From Gemmatimonadota bacterium (GTDB lineage: Bacteria > Gemmatimonadota > Gemmatimonadetes > Palauibacterales > KS3-K002): a stretch of DNA of 64,000 nucleotides. The position numbers and the translations under genes were made by a program. The notes beneath the pieces are model-generated. The model was not told where the DNA came from, searched no databases, and saw only the letters and a list, made by a program, of their open reading frames with translations. Shown one piece after another: positions 22,229 through 32,094 of the stretch; position 1 is the stretch's first letter; each line of letters opens with the position of its first letter. Location of the stretch: positions 96,001 through 160,000 of the forward strand of contig JBDHJS010000001.1 of NCBI GenBank assembly GCA_039586795.1. Direction: 5' to 3'.

Positions 22229-24066
22229 GGCACCTTCACCTCACCGCGAGCCGAAACATGGTCCGCCTCGCTGAACTGCAGTTCATAAAGACGTCGATAG
22301 ACACCGCGCCGCTCCAGCAATTCGTCGTGCTTCCCCGACTCGACGATCGCTCCGTTATCGAGAACGATGATCTGATGAGCGCCGCGGATCGTCGACAGGC
22401 GGTGAGCGACCACGATGACCGTGCGGTTGGCGAGCAGTCGGTCTATGGCGCCCTGCACGAGCCGCTCGGACTCGGTGTCGAGCGATGACGTGGCCTCGTC
22501 AAAGATGAGGAGAGGAGGGTCGCGAAGTATCGCGCGAGCGATGGCTATGCGTTGCCGTTGGCCGCCGGAAAGGCGAACCCCGCGATCGCCCAATACGGTA
22601 TCATATCCGTCGGGAAGTCGCTCGATGAATTCGTGGGCGTTGGCGGCGCGCGCCGCGTCCTCGATCTCTTTCTGTTCATATCGATCGGGTGCGCCGTAGG
22701 CGATGTTCGCGCGAACGGTGTCGTGGAAGATCACCGTCTCTTGCGACACGACCCCCAGCAAATCGCGTAACGAATCGAGGTGAACCTGGGAGATGTCAGC
22801 GCCATCGATCGTGATGCGTCCGCTCTGCGGCTCGTAGAAGCGGGGCAACAGGTCGACCACCGTACTCTTACCGGCGCCGGACGGGCCGACCAACGCCACG
22901 ACCTCCCCGCGCTTGACCCGGAAGTCCACGCCGTCGAGAACGGTCTCGTGACCGTCGTAGGAGAAGTGGACGTCCTCGTAGGCCACCTGATCGTCAAACC
23001 CGGGTAGTCGCGTATCGCCGCTCGCGTAGGACTCGGCGGGGGCATCGAGGATCTCGAAGAACCGTTCGGAAGCCGCCAACGAGGACTGCGCTCTGGCCGG
23101 AAACGTCGTCAGGGCCTTGATAGGCGACTGCACGCGCAAGGACACCGTAAGGAAAGTGATGAACGCCTCGGCACTCATATCACCGCTGAAGACGAATTGA
23201 GCGCCCACCCAGACGATGATCAACGTTACCACGCTGCCCAGAACCTCCGAGAGCGGAGTACTGAGCAAGCGAATTCGCTCGGTGCGGACGTAGTTCTTGA
23301 AGAACGAATGGTTGGTGTCCGCAAAGCGGCTACTTTCATATCCCTCTGCGCCGTATGCTTTGACCAAGCGCGCGCCTGTCGTCGTCTCTTGCAGCAAGGA
23401 CGTCAACTCGCCCTGAGCGTCGTACGCCTTGCGGAAACCGCGGCGCAGGCGACCGAGCATCGGCTTCAAGAAGCCGAGGAAGAGGGGCGCGACCACCAGC
23501 GCGAGCAGGGTCAGCTTCCATGAGATGAGCAGAAGCACGCTAGCGAAGGCGATGAGCGACACAGTGTGCTTGAGCAGGTCGGCCGCGGTATACGTGATGA
23601 TGTCTTTGGTAGCCTGGGTGTCAGAGAAGACACGCGCCACGAGCTGCCCCGCCTTGCTACGATCGAAGAAGCCCATGGGCAACTTCTGAATGTGCCCGTA
23701 CAGCTGATTGCGCATGTCGCGGACCACGCCCTCGCGCACCTTCATCCCAAGCACCTCGGATGTGTAGAAGAAGGCGTTCTTGAGGAGCAGTCCGACCATC
23801 ACGATGATGACTACATTGCGGAGCGACTCTGACGGGTCTTCTGCTTCGAGGAACGGACCCACGGTGGCGGCCAGCACCTTCTCCACGAGGCTCTCAGCGC
23901 CTCCAACGACCAGCGCCGCTTCGCCGAACAGCGAGCGCAGGAAGGGTATGAGAAGGACCATCGTGAAGCCATCGAGCAGCGAGCCCAGAGTCATCGCCAG
24001 GAGGCTTGCGACGAAGAGCAGGCGATAGGGTACGAGGTACCGAACGAGTCGAGCGAAGAGGCTCAC
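22225..24066 (-). CDS. msbA: ABC exporter, fused permease/ATPase (MsbA-like)
   Basis: TM domain; GPSGAGKST; LSGGQRQR; IFDEATS; adjacent to LpxL-like gene. Confidence 0.8.
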   Translation of the reverse strand: MSLFARLVRYLVPYRLLFVASLLAMTLGSLLDGFTMVLLIPFLRSLFGEAALVVGGAESLVEKVLAATVGPFLEAEDPSESLRNVVIIVMVGLLLKNAFFYTSEVLGMKVREGVVRDMRNQLYGHIQKLPMGFFDRSKAGQLVARVFSDTQATKDIITYTAADLLKHTVSLIAFASVLLLISWKLTLLALVVAPLFLGFLKPMLGRLRRGFRKAYDAQGELTSLLQETTTGARLVKAYGAEGYESSRFADTNHSFFKNYVRTERIRLLSTPLSEVLGSVVTLIIVWVGAQFVFSGDMSAEAFITFLTVSLRVQSPIKALTTFPARAQSSLAASERFFEILDAPAESYASGDTRLPGFDDQVAYEDVHFSYDGHETVLDGVDFRVKRGEVVALVGPSGAGKSTVVDLLPRFYEPQSGRITIDGADISQVHLDSLRDLLGVVSQETVIFHDTVRANIAYGAPDRYEQKEIEDAARAANAHEFIERLPDGYDTVLGDRGVRLSGGQRQRIAIARAILRDPPLLIFDEATSSLDTESERLVQGAIDRLLANRTVIVVAHRLSTIRGAHQIIVLDNGAIVESGKHDELLERRGVYRRLYELQFSEADHVSARGEVKVP

Positions 24067-25646
24067 GGCGTCTTCCCACGCGGCTTGAGGAGTGCCACCG
24101 GCAGGATCATCTCTTCAGGGCTGATGCCGCCGTGGAGAAAACTGTCCCTGTACCGAGACTGATACTCTCTCAGTTTCGTCGGATAGACGAAGAAGTAGTC
24201 CTCACGTGCGATGAGGTAGTTCGCCCTCATACCTCCCCGCGGCAACCGGGCCACCTCGCCTTCGGCCACTGTGAACACGGTTCGCGGATCTTCCGCGCGA
24301 AGGTCGTCACCGTATTTGTGGCGCAAGCTGGCCGTGGCATCACGCTTGGCGTACACAGTTGTCGGCCGCTGGCAGTGGACGGAACCGTGATCAGTGGTCA
24401 ACAGAACGCGAACACCGCGGGAGTGGATGATGCGCAGCGCGCTGCGCAGGGCCGAGCCTTCGTACCAGGCCAGAGTGAGACGGCGAAGCGCTTCAGCGTC
24501 TTTTGCCATCTCGAAAATGATCTGCGATTCGCCTCTACCGTGAGTAAGCAGGTCCACGAAGTTGAAGACGAGCGCGACAGCTCGAGGCTCATCGAGAGCA
24601 GAGGGCAAACGACGAAGCATCGCCTCGCCGTCGCTGCCGGTATGAATCTTTTCATAGTGAGTCGTGATCGAGCTATCCGTCAAACGCGCAATATGGTTGG
24701 CGAACAACTCGTGCTCGAACGAATTAAGCCCCATCTCCTCGTACTTGTCGGGCCAACCGGGTTTGAGTTGCGTGAGATCGTCGGGGAAGATCCCACCGAA
24801 GATCGCGTTACGAGCGTACGGCGTGGCGGTGGGCAGAATCGCGAAGTAGAGATCCGACTCGACCTCGAAGTCTTCTTCGATGATCGTTCGCAAAGTGCGC
24901 CACTGGTCCAGGCGGAGGCAGTCGACGACGATCAAGACCGCCGGCTCGGACCGAGCCAGGAGCGGCAGGAAGAACTGGGGTACGATATCGACGGACATCG
25001 ACGGGCGGTCTTCCTGGTCGCGGGCGACCCAGTCGCTGTAGTTCTCGATGACGAAGTCGGCGAATTCGCGCCGCGCATCGTCCTCCAGTGTGCGGAGCGA
25101 ATCGAGCAGTCCGCGCTCTTCCGCGGCGCTTAGCGCGAGCTCCCAGTCCACCAGATCCGAGTAGAGGTCCGTCCAGTCACGCCAGTTTTCGGCCGAATCG
25201 ATATTCGACCGCAAGTCCGAGTAGGCGCGAACGAAATCGCGCGCCATCTGTTCGTGGCGAAGACCCGGGCCCTCCAAGATTCGGGCGACAACAGACGCAA
25301 CCTGACGCGGGCTAGTCGGCTTGACGATGTAGTCGTCGGCGCGGCGAGCTATTGCCTCCTGGAGCGTCGCCTCCTCTTCGCTCTTGGTGACCATCACCAC
25401 GGGGACGCGGGCATCCGTAGTCCGAATCTCCCGGAGCATGTCAGTTCCGGTGCGGCCGGGCATCTCCTGATCGAGCAGGATGAGGTCGTAGCTCTGCCGG
25501 CGCAGCTGGCTCAGCGCATCGTCGCCATTGGGCAGCGTATCGACCTCGTAGCCACGCTGTTCGAGGACAAGGCGATGTGGTAGGAGGAGTTCGACTTCGT
25601 CATCCACCCACAAGATCCGCCCTTTTGGCGGTTTGATATCTCCCAT
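24063..25646 (-). CDS. Response regulator receiver fused to PglZ/alkaline-phosphatase domain (PorX-like)
   Basis: ILWVDDE...LLDQEMPG...VTK...YIVKP; VDCLR, LPTATPYARN, FNFVDLLTHGR, TTDHG, FLHGG; TGATG overlap with tonB stop. Confidence 0.88.
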   Translation of the reverse strand: MGDIKPPKGRILWVDDEVELLLPHRLVLEQRGYEVDTLPNGDDALSQLRRQSYDLILLDQEMPGRTGTDMLREIRTTDARVPVVMVTKSEEEATLQEAIARRADDYIVKPTSPRQVASVVARILEGPGLRHEQMARDFVRAYSDLRSNIDSAENWRDWTDLYSDLVDWELALSAAEERGLLDSLRTLEDDARREFADFVIENYSDWVARDQEDRPSMSVDIVPQFFLPLLARSEPAVLIVVDCLRLDQWRTLRTIIEEDFEVESDLYFAILPTATPYARNAIFGGIFPDDLTQLKPGWPDKYEEMGLNSFEHELFANHIARLTDSSITTHYEKIHTGSDGEAMLRRLPSALDEPRAVALVFNFVDLLTHGRGESQIIFEMAKDAEALRRLTLAWYEGSALRSALRIIHSRGVRVLLTTDHGSVHCQRPTTVYAKRDATASLRHKYGDDLRAEDPRTVFTVAEGEVARLPRGGMRANYLIAREDYFFVYPTKLREYQSRYRDSFLHGGISPEEMILPVALLKPRGKTP

Positions 25647-26326
25647 CAAAGCTTCCAGGTGTAGCTGAACCAGGTCGCGACGGCTCTGTTCGCACGCATC
25701 GCGGGCTCGAACACCCACTGACGCGCCTCCCGGATCAAGTCAGCGTTGTAGTTGCCGTCCGGGGTCGCAGGGTCGAGGCGCACGCTATCGACGGCGCCCG
25801 CCTGGTTGATGAACACCCAGACGGTAACTTCCCGACCGCGAACCGAGGCCGGGCGGCTGAGCGGAGCCATGATCACACCGCGGGGTACCGGCGGAATGAG
25901 GCGGCGAAGCCCGGACATGGCGTTCCCCGCATCACCTCCACCTTCGCCGCCCGGCAAGCCCTCTCCCGTTTCCGGCCCTTCGCGGTTCCCTTCACCGGGA
26001 TCGGGAACTTCGATCTCGCTGAACGCCAGGACCGGCTCCTCGAGCTGTTGCTCGATGGGGACGGGCTCGATGACCGGTGATTCGGGCCGTGGTGGGATCT
26101 CGATTTCCACCGGTGGCCTAAGCACCATCGCTCGCATCCCGCCACCTCCCGGAGCGGCTCGAGGATCACCACTGGCCGGCCCGGCTGCCGCGTAGGGCGT
26201 CAGCCGTTCGGCTTCGTTAATGAAGATGATGAATAGGCACAGATGGAAAAGCAGGGAGACCAGCAGGCCTATTCGCCAGGTTCTTCTCTCCTGGCGGAAT
26301 CGCTGCTCAACCTGCTCAACAGCCAT
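25646..26326 (-). CDS. Energy transducer TonB family protein
   Basis: SLLFHL TM motif; Pro/Gly-rich linker; C-terminal VFINQAGAVDSV...QWVFEPA. Confidence 0.8.
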   Translation of the reverse strand: MAVEQVEQRFRQERRTWRIGLLVSLLFHLCLFIIFINEAERLTPYAAAGPASGDPRAAPGGGGMRAMVLRPPVEIEIPPRPESPVIEPVPIEQQLEEPVLAFSEIEVPDPGEGNREGPETGEGLPGGEGGGDAGNAMSGLRRLIPPVPRGVIMAPLSRPASVRGREVTVWVFINQAGAVDSVRLDPATPDGNYNADLIREARQWVFEPAMRANRAVATWFSYTWKL

Positions 26327-26366
26327 ACGCTCCAGCTCTCTCGGCTTCTAGTGACAAGATCCCGGC

Positions 26367-27551
26367 TCACCCGCCGCCTCCCTGGGTGAACTCAGCGATC
26401 TGAACTCTTCGTCCTTCACGGTCCAAAATCCACATCTCATCTTCGCCCGTGGGTATGACGTCGCTGGCAAATTTCACATCGCGAGCCACACCCAGAACAC
26501 GCGGCTCTGTGCCGCTGATGTCGACGACAGCAACGCCTTCCGGCCCGGCAGCGACGAATAGGCGATCGCCATCAAGATCGGCCGTATAGGCAAAACGCAC
26601 TCCAGTATACTCTAATACCACGCGAGGCAGCGTCGGATCCGTGGCGTCGAGTACCAGGACACCGCTCGAACCGAGGGCCACGGCGAGACGGCTTCCGTCG
26701 GCGCGTACGCTGCGGCCGCCGGCTGGCAGCTGCAGCTCGCCAAGCCTCTCGAAGCTGTTGTTGTAGGCAGCAAGCTTGTCCTCGAACAACATCCACGTGA
26801 CACGGCCGTACCGCGCGTACGTCATGTCTGTAATGAAATTGATATTCTCGATCCCGGCTAGCTCACGGGTCGCGATGGACCTTCCGTCCCTCCGCAGCTG
26901 AAGCAGGCGCAGCGAATCGAGTCCGGCGACGGCCAGTCGGTCATCGAAAGCCTCCAGGGTGCCGCCCCCTGTTTCATCGATGATCTCGCCCTGGACGCTG
27001 TCTCCACGAAGCGGGAACGATATGAGGTTCGCGTAGGTGCTGACGACGAGCACGTCGAGGCCCGACACGACCGCGATGTCTTCTATACCGCGCACCCCGC
27101 TGCCGCGTGCGAGGATCGATCCGTCTCGGTAGACAACGCGAGCGCCACCGACCCCGCTCACAGCTGCACCGCCCGGGAAGTAGGCGATGCGCTCGGGCGT
27201 TATGTCGAGGGGCACGTTCTGATATGTGTAGTCGAGGTTTGGCCCGGCGGCCATCTTGCGCTCGTTCTTGGAATCGACTTCTGATCCGATTACAAAACCG
27301 ACGAGCGCACCGACCGCTCCGCCGAGCATCGCCATACAAGTCTTGCTGTCGCAGAAGTTGCCCTTGTCTTCGTCGTCAGCCGCTAGATAGGCGGGAACAG
27401 CGACCACGACAAAGCCGAGCACGGCGTAGATGTACTTCTTGGTGCCTTTGTATTCTTGGGCCGGCACCGGTCGCGGCGCCACGACAAGGATTGCCATTGC
27501 CAGGAGCAGGGCACGCCAACCTACTACCCGGCGATTTGACGAGATGCGCAC
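26367..27551 (-). CDS. Secreted LVIVD-repeat beta-propeller protein with glycine-zipper segment
   Basis: GVLVLDATDP and GVAVVDIS repeats; GGAGG before GTG 27551; the ORF-track extension overlaps the upstream gene. Confidence 0.7.
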   Translation of the reverse strand: MRISSNRRVVGWRALLLAMAILVVAPRPVPAQEYKGTKKYIYAVLGFVVVAVPAYLAADDEDKGNFCDSKTCMAMLGGAVGALVGFVIGSEVDSKNERKMAAGPNLDYTYQNVPLDITPERIAYFPGGAAVSGVGGARVVYRDGSILARGSGVRGIEDIAVVSGLDVLVVSTYANLISFPLRGDSVQGEIIDETGGGTLEAFDDRLAVAGLDSLRLLQLRRDGRSIATRELAGIENINFITDMTYARYGRVTWMLFEDKLAAYNNSFERLGELQLPAGGRSVRADGSRLAVALGSSGVLVLDATDPTLPRVVLEYTGVRFAYTADLDGDRLFVAAGPEGVAVVDISGTEPRVLGVARDVKFASDVIPTGEDEMWILDREGRRVQIAEFTQGGGG

Positions 27552-27555
27552 CAAA

Positions 27556-29754
27556 TCAGTCCTCCTTGATGACGTAGAAGGTGCGCGACTGCCTCGCCAT
27601 CTGTTCGGCCAGCTTGTCCCAAACCCTGAGTCGGATCTCGTACTCACCGGGCGGGACATCCCGTGGATCGAGCGATAGGTACTCCGTGACTCGATCCCGA
27701 CCATCCATCTTGATCTCGCGGCTGAACCGCAGTTCAACGCGGTCGTCGCCAACGATGCTGAAGCCCCAAGAATCGGCCAGGCCGCCGATGAGGGTAGCCA
27801 GTCCGCCGCTACGGTTTATCCGTTTGACTCGAACTTGAATCGAGACGTCGATCGAGGCGAAACCTTCGGCGTCCTCTTCGAGCCCGTAAACCTCGTAGTA
27901 GAGGTGAATCGGATCGCCCGTTACGTACCCGACACCAGCATTCGCGGCAATGTCATAATCGAAGCGCTGGATCGGCTCATTGGTCAGCGGTCGAACAAAG
28001 TCCGCCAGCAGGATATCGCTCACAGCCAGAGAATCGAGCGGGAAGCTCGATATGGTGAACGTCTCGCGGGCGGCAGCGGCGCGCCAAGTCAGCGCGTCAC
28101 GAGTCTCTACCGCCGCCACCATTACGCCGCTGGGCGGCAGCAGCAGCCGCCAACTCCTGTACTCGTTGATCTCACCCGATTCTGAGTAAGCCACCATCTC
28201 GTCGAGTACCCGCTCTACCACCTTTTCGCCATCGGCGTTCAGCAAGAACATCCCCGTCTCGAACTCGCCCTCTTCCAGGTCGAGATCGCGTGACAACTCC
28301 ACGAGGGGGAGCGCGGCGTGGATCTCTACGGCCACCTCGGCCGGATCCTCGGCGCGGAATCGAGCGATCTGAACTGGCAGGTCGAGCAGTTCCGGAATCG
28401 ACGGAATGTTATCGTACTTCGCCGGTTGCATGTAGCGGATGTCATCCGCAACGAACTTGTAGTCGTCAGCGAAGTTCGCGGTTCGATATCCCGGCATCTG
28501 GCGAAAGATGAAGACCGGTCCATCTATGCCGTAGCTCCACAGGATAGACCGACGGCCAACCGTGTAGTCGTTGCCGAAGTTGGTGGTTTGAGCGGAGAAC
28601 GATGCGACTTCCGCCGGTGGTCCGTATCGCAGGAAGATGATACCGCGATCGGTCTGCCAACCCCGCTTGCCGTTCTCCGGCTCAGCGAACCGCAGATCCG
28701 CGTAGGCGAGGCGCGATAGGTGTTCGACACGTCGCTCGTTGGCTTCCGTCAAATAGAGCGGGTCGGACAGCTGCCAGAATCTCGAATTGAACTCGTCACG
28801 CTCCTCCGGCGTCAACGCCTCATACTCTTGCGCGTCACGACGCCTCATCACCTCGGCGAGATTCTCGACTTCGCGCCGTTCATCCTCGGTGAGTCGATCC
28901 AGGCAATTGTCGAACGCCTCCGCCGCGGCTTCCTCGCGTCCCAAGATGTGCAGACCCAGACCGATATAGAGGTAAGGCGCTGGCCGTTCAGGGTTCTCCG
29001 CAGTCAGCTGCCGCGCGATCGCCATGAACTCGCCCATGCGGTACTCGTCGATCAACTGCCCCATCAGACGGATCGACGCGGACACATGGCCCGGATTGTA
29101 GCGAATAGCCGCTCGGTAGTGCTCGATCATCTCCTCCTTGGGCACTATGCCCGATTCAATCTCGGAGGACATGTTCAAGTACTCGTTGACGTATCGCGGA
29201 CGTCGCTGATCGATGGGCGAGCCGACGGTCGTCTGGGGCGGACCCCTCAGAAGCGGAGCCAGGCGCCGGTTCTTGAGGACCTCGTACTCCATCTCCTTCA
29301 GGTAGCCAAGATTGAAGTGGACATCGGCCAGCACTTCTGGATCGCCCACCTTCTGCGCTTCCGAGAGCGCACGTCCGAAGAGCCGGCCGGCGTCAATCTT
29401 CATGTGCTGCTTCAATCTCAGCTGGGCCAACTCCAGGATGTAACGCGGATCGGATGGACTGATGCGCAACGCCTTTTCGAGGGCGTCCTCCGCCTTCAGG
29501 CGGTCAACGAAGTCGGTTTCGACGGCACTCGCCCGCTGCGTGTAGAGACGGCCTAGATGGTAGTAGGCATCGGCGAGGTTGGGATAGACGTCAAGCGCCT
29601 TCTCAAATGCTTCGAAAGCGAGCAGCGTGTCGCCCGCCGCAACGTGGGCTAGCCCCTCTTGCAAATAGCGGCGCGCCGTATCCTCCTGCGCATACGCCGC
29701 CTGAGCGAACACGACCACAAGGGCCGATAGCAGAGCTGAAAAGGAGTGCTTCAC
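27556..29754 (-). CDS. GWxTD domain protein with TPR repeats
   Basis: Signal peptide; TPR helices; FW..SDP..TEANE; GWQTDRGIIFLRYGPP; C-terminal Ig-like domain. Confidence 0.9.
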   Translation of the reverse strand: MKHSFSALLSALVVVFAQAAYAQEDTARRYLQEGLAHVAAGDTLLAFEAFEKALDVYPNLADAYYHLGRLYTQRASAVETDFVDRLKAEDALEKALRISPSDPRYILELAQLRLKQHMKIDAGRLFGRALSEAQKVGDPEVLADVHFNLGYLKEMEYEVLKNRRLAPLLRGPPQTTVGSPIDQRRPRYVNEYLNMSSEIESGIVPKEEMIEHYRAAIRYNPGHVSASIRLMGQLIDEYRMGEFMAIARQLTAENPERPAPYLYIGLGLHILGREEAAAEAFDNCLDRLTEDERREVENLAEVMRRRDAQEYEALTPEERDEFNSRFWQLSDPLYLTEANERRVEHLSRLAYADLRFAEPENGKRGWQTDRGIIFLRYGPPAEVASFSAQTTNFGNDYTVGRRSILWSYGIDGPVFIFRQMPGYRTANFADDYKFVADDIRYMQPAKYDNIPSIPELLDLPVQIARFRAEDPAEVAVEIHAALPLVELSRDLDLEEGEFETGMFLLNADGEKVVERVLDEMVAYSESGEINEYRSWRLLLPPSGVMVAAVETRDALTWRAAAARETFTISSFPLDSLAVSDILLADFVRPLTNEPIQRFDYDIAANAGVGYVTGDPIHLYYEVYGLEEDAEGFASIDVSIQVRVKRINRSGGLATLIGGLADSWGFSIVGDDRVELRFSREIKMDGRDRVTEYLSLDPRDVPPGEYEIRLRVWDKLAEQMARQSRTFYVIKED

Positions 29755-30055
29755 GGCTGAGGCCCTTCCTTGAGTGCTTTCGAGAACCCGCGCATTTCTA
29801 AGTTACGGGCACGGATTGGCGAGGAAAAGGGGCGGCCCCGGCTCGTGCCACCTAAAGCTCTATAAGACAACATCTTGTGGGATCCGATCTCTGCCCGGTT
29901 TCACCGCGGCATCCTCCCTCAAAACGGGCAGCCGGTGCCCTTGCCCGACCCCCGGACGTCAGCCAACTTAGCCGCACTGGAAAGCCAACAAGCTCGGGCC
30001 CTCTTCTGGTCCGTACGACCGGAAGGCGGCGGTTGATTCCAAGCGGAGAGTGATA

Positions 30056-30166
30056 ATGGGTTTAGAAGGAGCGATACTCGTACCGATCCTGATCCTTAGC
30101 AGTGCGGCTATCATCTATTTCGGGCTGAACCACGTGCGCCAGCGCAAGCTGGAGGACGGCGAGTAG
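30056..30166 (+). CDS. Putative 36-aa single-pass membrane protein (not in ORF track)
   Basis: GGAGAG RBS; MGLEGAILVPILILSSAAIIYFGLNHVRQRKLEDGE*. Confidence 0.55.
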   Translation: MGLEGAILVPILILSSAAIIYFGLNHVRQRKLEDGE

Positions 30167-30200
30167 CTCGTAGCGATCCGACATTGGGGAGAATCAGTCA

Positions 30201-31388
30201 ATGAGCGATCTGTTCGAACGGCTGCAGTCAGAGCTCCAGGTTATGCAGGAGCAGGGAGTGTACAAGCAGCTGATCCACCTTGACTCGCCGCAGGCAGCGG
30301 TGGTGAAGATCGCAGAGACCGGCGGAGAAGTCATCAATCTCTGTTCAAACAACTACCTGGGGTTGTGCAACACCCCGGAAGTCGTGGCGGCTGGTCGTGC
30401 CGCCTACGAGGAGTATGGCGCCGGGACGTCCTCTGTTCGTTTCATCTGTGGCACGTTCACGGTCCACCGGAAGTTGGAGGAGAAGATCGCCGAGTTTCTA
30501 GCAGTGGACTCTGCGCTTACCTACGTGTCGTGCTGGAATGCCAACACAGGGCTAACTCCAACCTTCCTAGAAGAACAAGACGCGCTGATCTCGGATGAGC
30601 TCAATCACGCATCGATCATCGACGGCGTTCGGATGACGAAGGCGATTCGGAGGATCTACAAGCACTCCGACATGGCGGATCTCGAGCAAGCGTTGAAGGA
30701 TACGCAGGATGCACGTCATCGATTCATCATCACGGATGGCGTGTTCTCGATGGAAGGCGACATCTGCAAGCTTCCCGACATCATGCAGCTGGCTGAGAAG
30801 TATGACGCAACGGTCGCAGTGGATGACTCACATGCGACCGGCGTTCTCGGCGAAACCGGAAGAGGAACACCGGAGCACTACGGTCTGCACGGCCAGGTTC
30901 CCGTTATCACGAGCACATTGGGCAAGGCGTTGGGTGGAGCCGCAGGAGGTTTCACCGCCGGCCCGGACGAGTTCACCGACTACCTGACCCAACGATCACG
31001 CCCAATGCTGTTTTCGAACGCGCTGCCACCAGCCACCGCGGCCCATTCGCTTGCTGCGATCGAGCATCTGGACAGCCATCCGGAACTCGTCCAGAAGCTG
31101 CGACAAAACACGCAGTATTTCAGGGAGAAGCTGTTGGAGTCGGGCTTCAAACCGATCGACGGGGACACACCGATCGTTCCAATCATCGTCGGCGAGACGG
31201 CGGAAGCGATTCGTATGAGTAAGATGTTGTTGGATGAGGGCGTATTCGTCATCGGCTTCGGTTTTCCAGTTGTTCCCCACGGCACGGCACGTATACGCTG
31301 TCAGGTTTCAGCCGCACACGAGACGGAACACCTCGACGCGGTGCTGGACGCGATGAAGAAGGTCGGCGGCAAGTTGGGAATCGTATAG
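30201..31388 (+). CDS. kbl: Glycine C-acetyltransferase (2-amino-3-ketobutyrate CoA ligase)
   Basis: NLCSNNYLGL, SSVRFICGT, SDELNHASIIDG, TDGVFSMEG, TLGKALGGA, ARIRCQVSAAH. Confidence 0.92.
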   Translation: MSDLFERLQSELQVMQEQGVYKQLIHLDSPQAAVVKIAETGGEVINLCSNNYLGLCNTPEVVAAGRAAYEEYGAGTSSVRFICGTFTVHRKLEEKIAEFLAVDSALTYVSCWNANTGLTPTFLEEQDALISDELNHASIIDGVRMTKAIRRIYKHSDMADLEQALKDTQDARHRFIITDGVFSMEGDICKLPDIMQLAEKYDATVAVDDSHATGVLGETGRGTPEHYGLHGQVPVITSTLGKALGGAAGGFTAGPDEFTDYLTQRSRPMLFSNALPPATAAHSLAAIEHLDSHPELVQKLRQNTQYFREKLLESGFKPIDGDTPIVPIIVGETAEAIRMSKMLLDEGVFVIGFGFPVVPHGTARIRCQVSAAHETEHLDAVLDAMKKVGGKLGIV

Positions 31389-31428
31389 GCAAGCTGTTCG
31401 ATATAGACGTCTCGAACCCTATGAGATC

Positions 31429-32094
31429 ATGGCACTGATTGCTCCGAGCATTCTGAGCGCTGACTTCACTCGACTCGGTGAGCATATCGCGGAGGCCGAA
31501 GCGGGCGGCGCCGATTGGATTCACGTCGACGTGATGGACGGTCACTTCGTTCCGAACATCACCATCGGGCCGCTGATCGCAAGCGCCGCGCGACGCGCCA
31601 CCGAACTCCCCCTCGATGTTCACCTGATGATCGAGGAACCCGATCGCTACCTGGAGGACTTCGTGAAGGCGGGCGCCAACTGGCTGACCGTGCATCAGGA
31701 AGCGTGTCCGCACCTCCATCGAACGGTCCAGAAGATTCGCGAGCTCGGCGCCAGACCGGGTGTCTCGATAAACCCGGCGACGCCGGTCGAGACACTCGTG
31801 GACATTCTCCCCTTTGTCGACCTGGTTCTGATCATGACCGTGAACCCCGGCTTCGGAGGCCAGCGTTTCATCCCCGAATGTCTGAGCAAGTTGGTCCGCC
31901 TCAGCGGCATACTCGACCAGCTTCAGCGACATAATGTGGAAGTCGAGGTTGATGGAGGCATCGATCCGAAGACGGCACCGGCCGTCGTCTCAGCCGGAGC
32001 CACCGTCCTGGTCGCAGGCTCGGCTGTGTTTGGAAAGGGCTCGGTGGCGGATAACATCCAGGCCATAAGGAAGAGCATAGCCGTCGAGGTCTAA
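31429..32094 (+). CDS. rpe: Ribulose-phosphate 3-epimerase
   Basis: IAPSILSADF, HVDVMDGHFVPN, DVHLM, MTVNPGFGGQ, EVDGG, VAGS. Confidence 0.97.
   Translation: MALIAPSILSADFTRLGEHIAEAEAGGADWIHVDVMDGHFVPNITIGPLIASAARRATELPLDVHLMIEEPDRYLEDFVKAGANWLTVHQEACPHLHRTVQKIRELGARPGVSINPATPVETLVDILPFVDLVLIMTVNPGFGGQRFIPECLSKLVRLSGILDQLQRHNVEVEVDGGIDPKTAPAVVSAGATVLVAGSAVFGKGSVADNIQAIRKSIAVEV

Noticed and set aside
24063..25646. BREX defence system
   Set aside because: PglZ is fused to a receiver domain; no brxC, pglX or brxL
27555..27752. N-terminal extension of the LVIVD protein
   Set aside because: Overlaps the GWxTD gene; RBS and signal peptide fit a start near 27551
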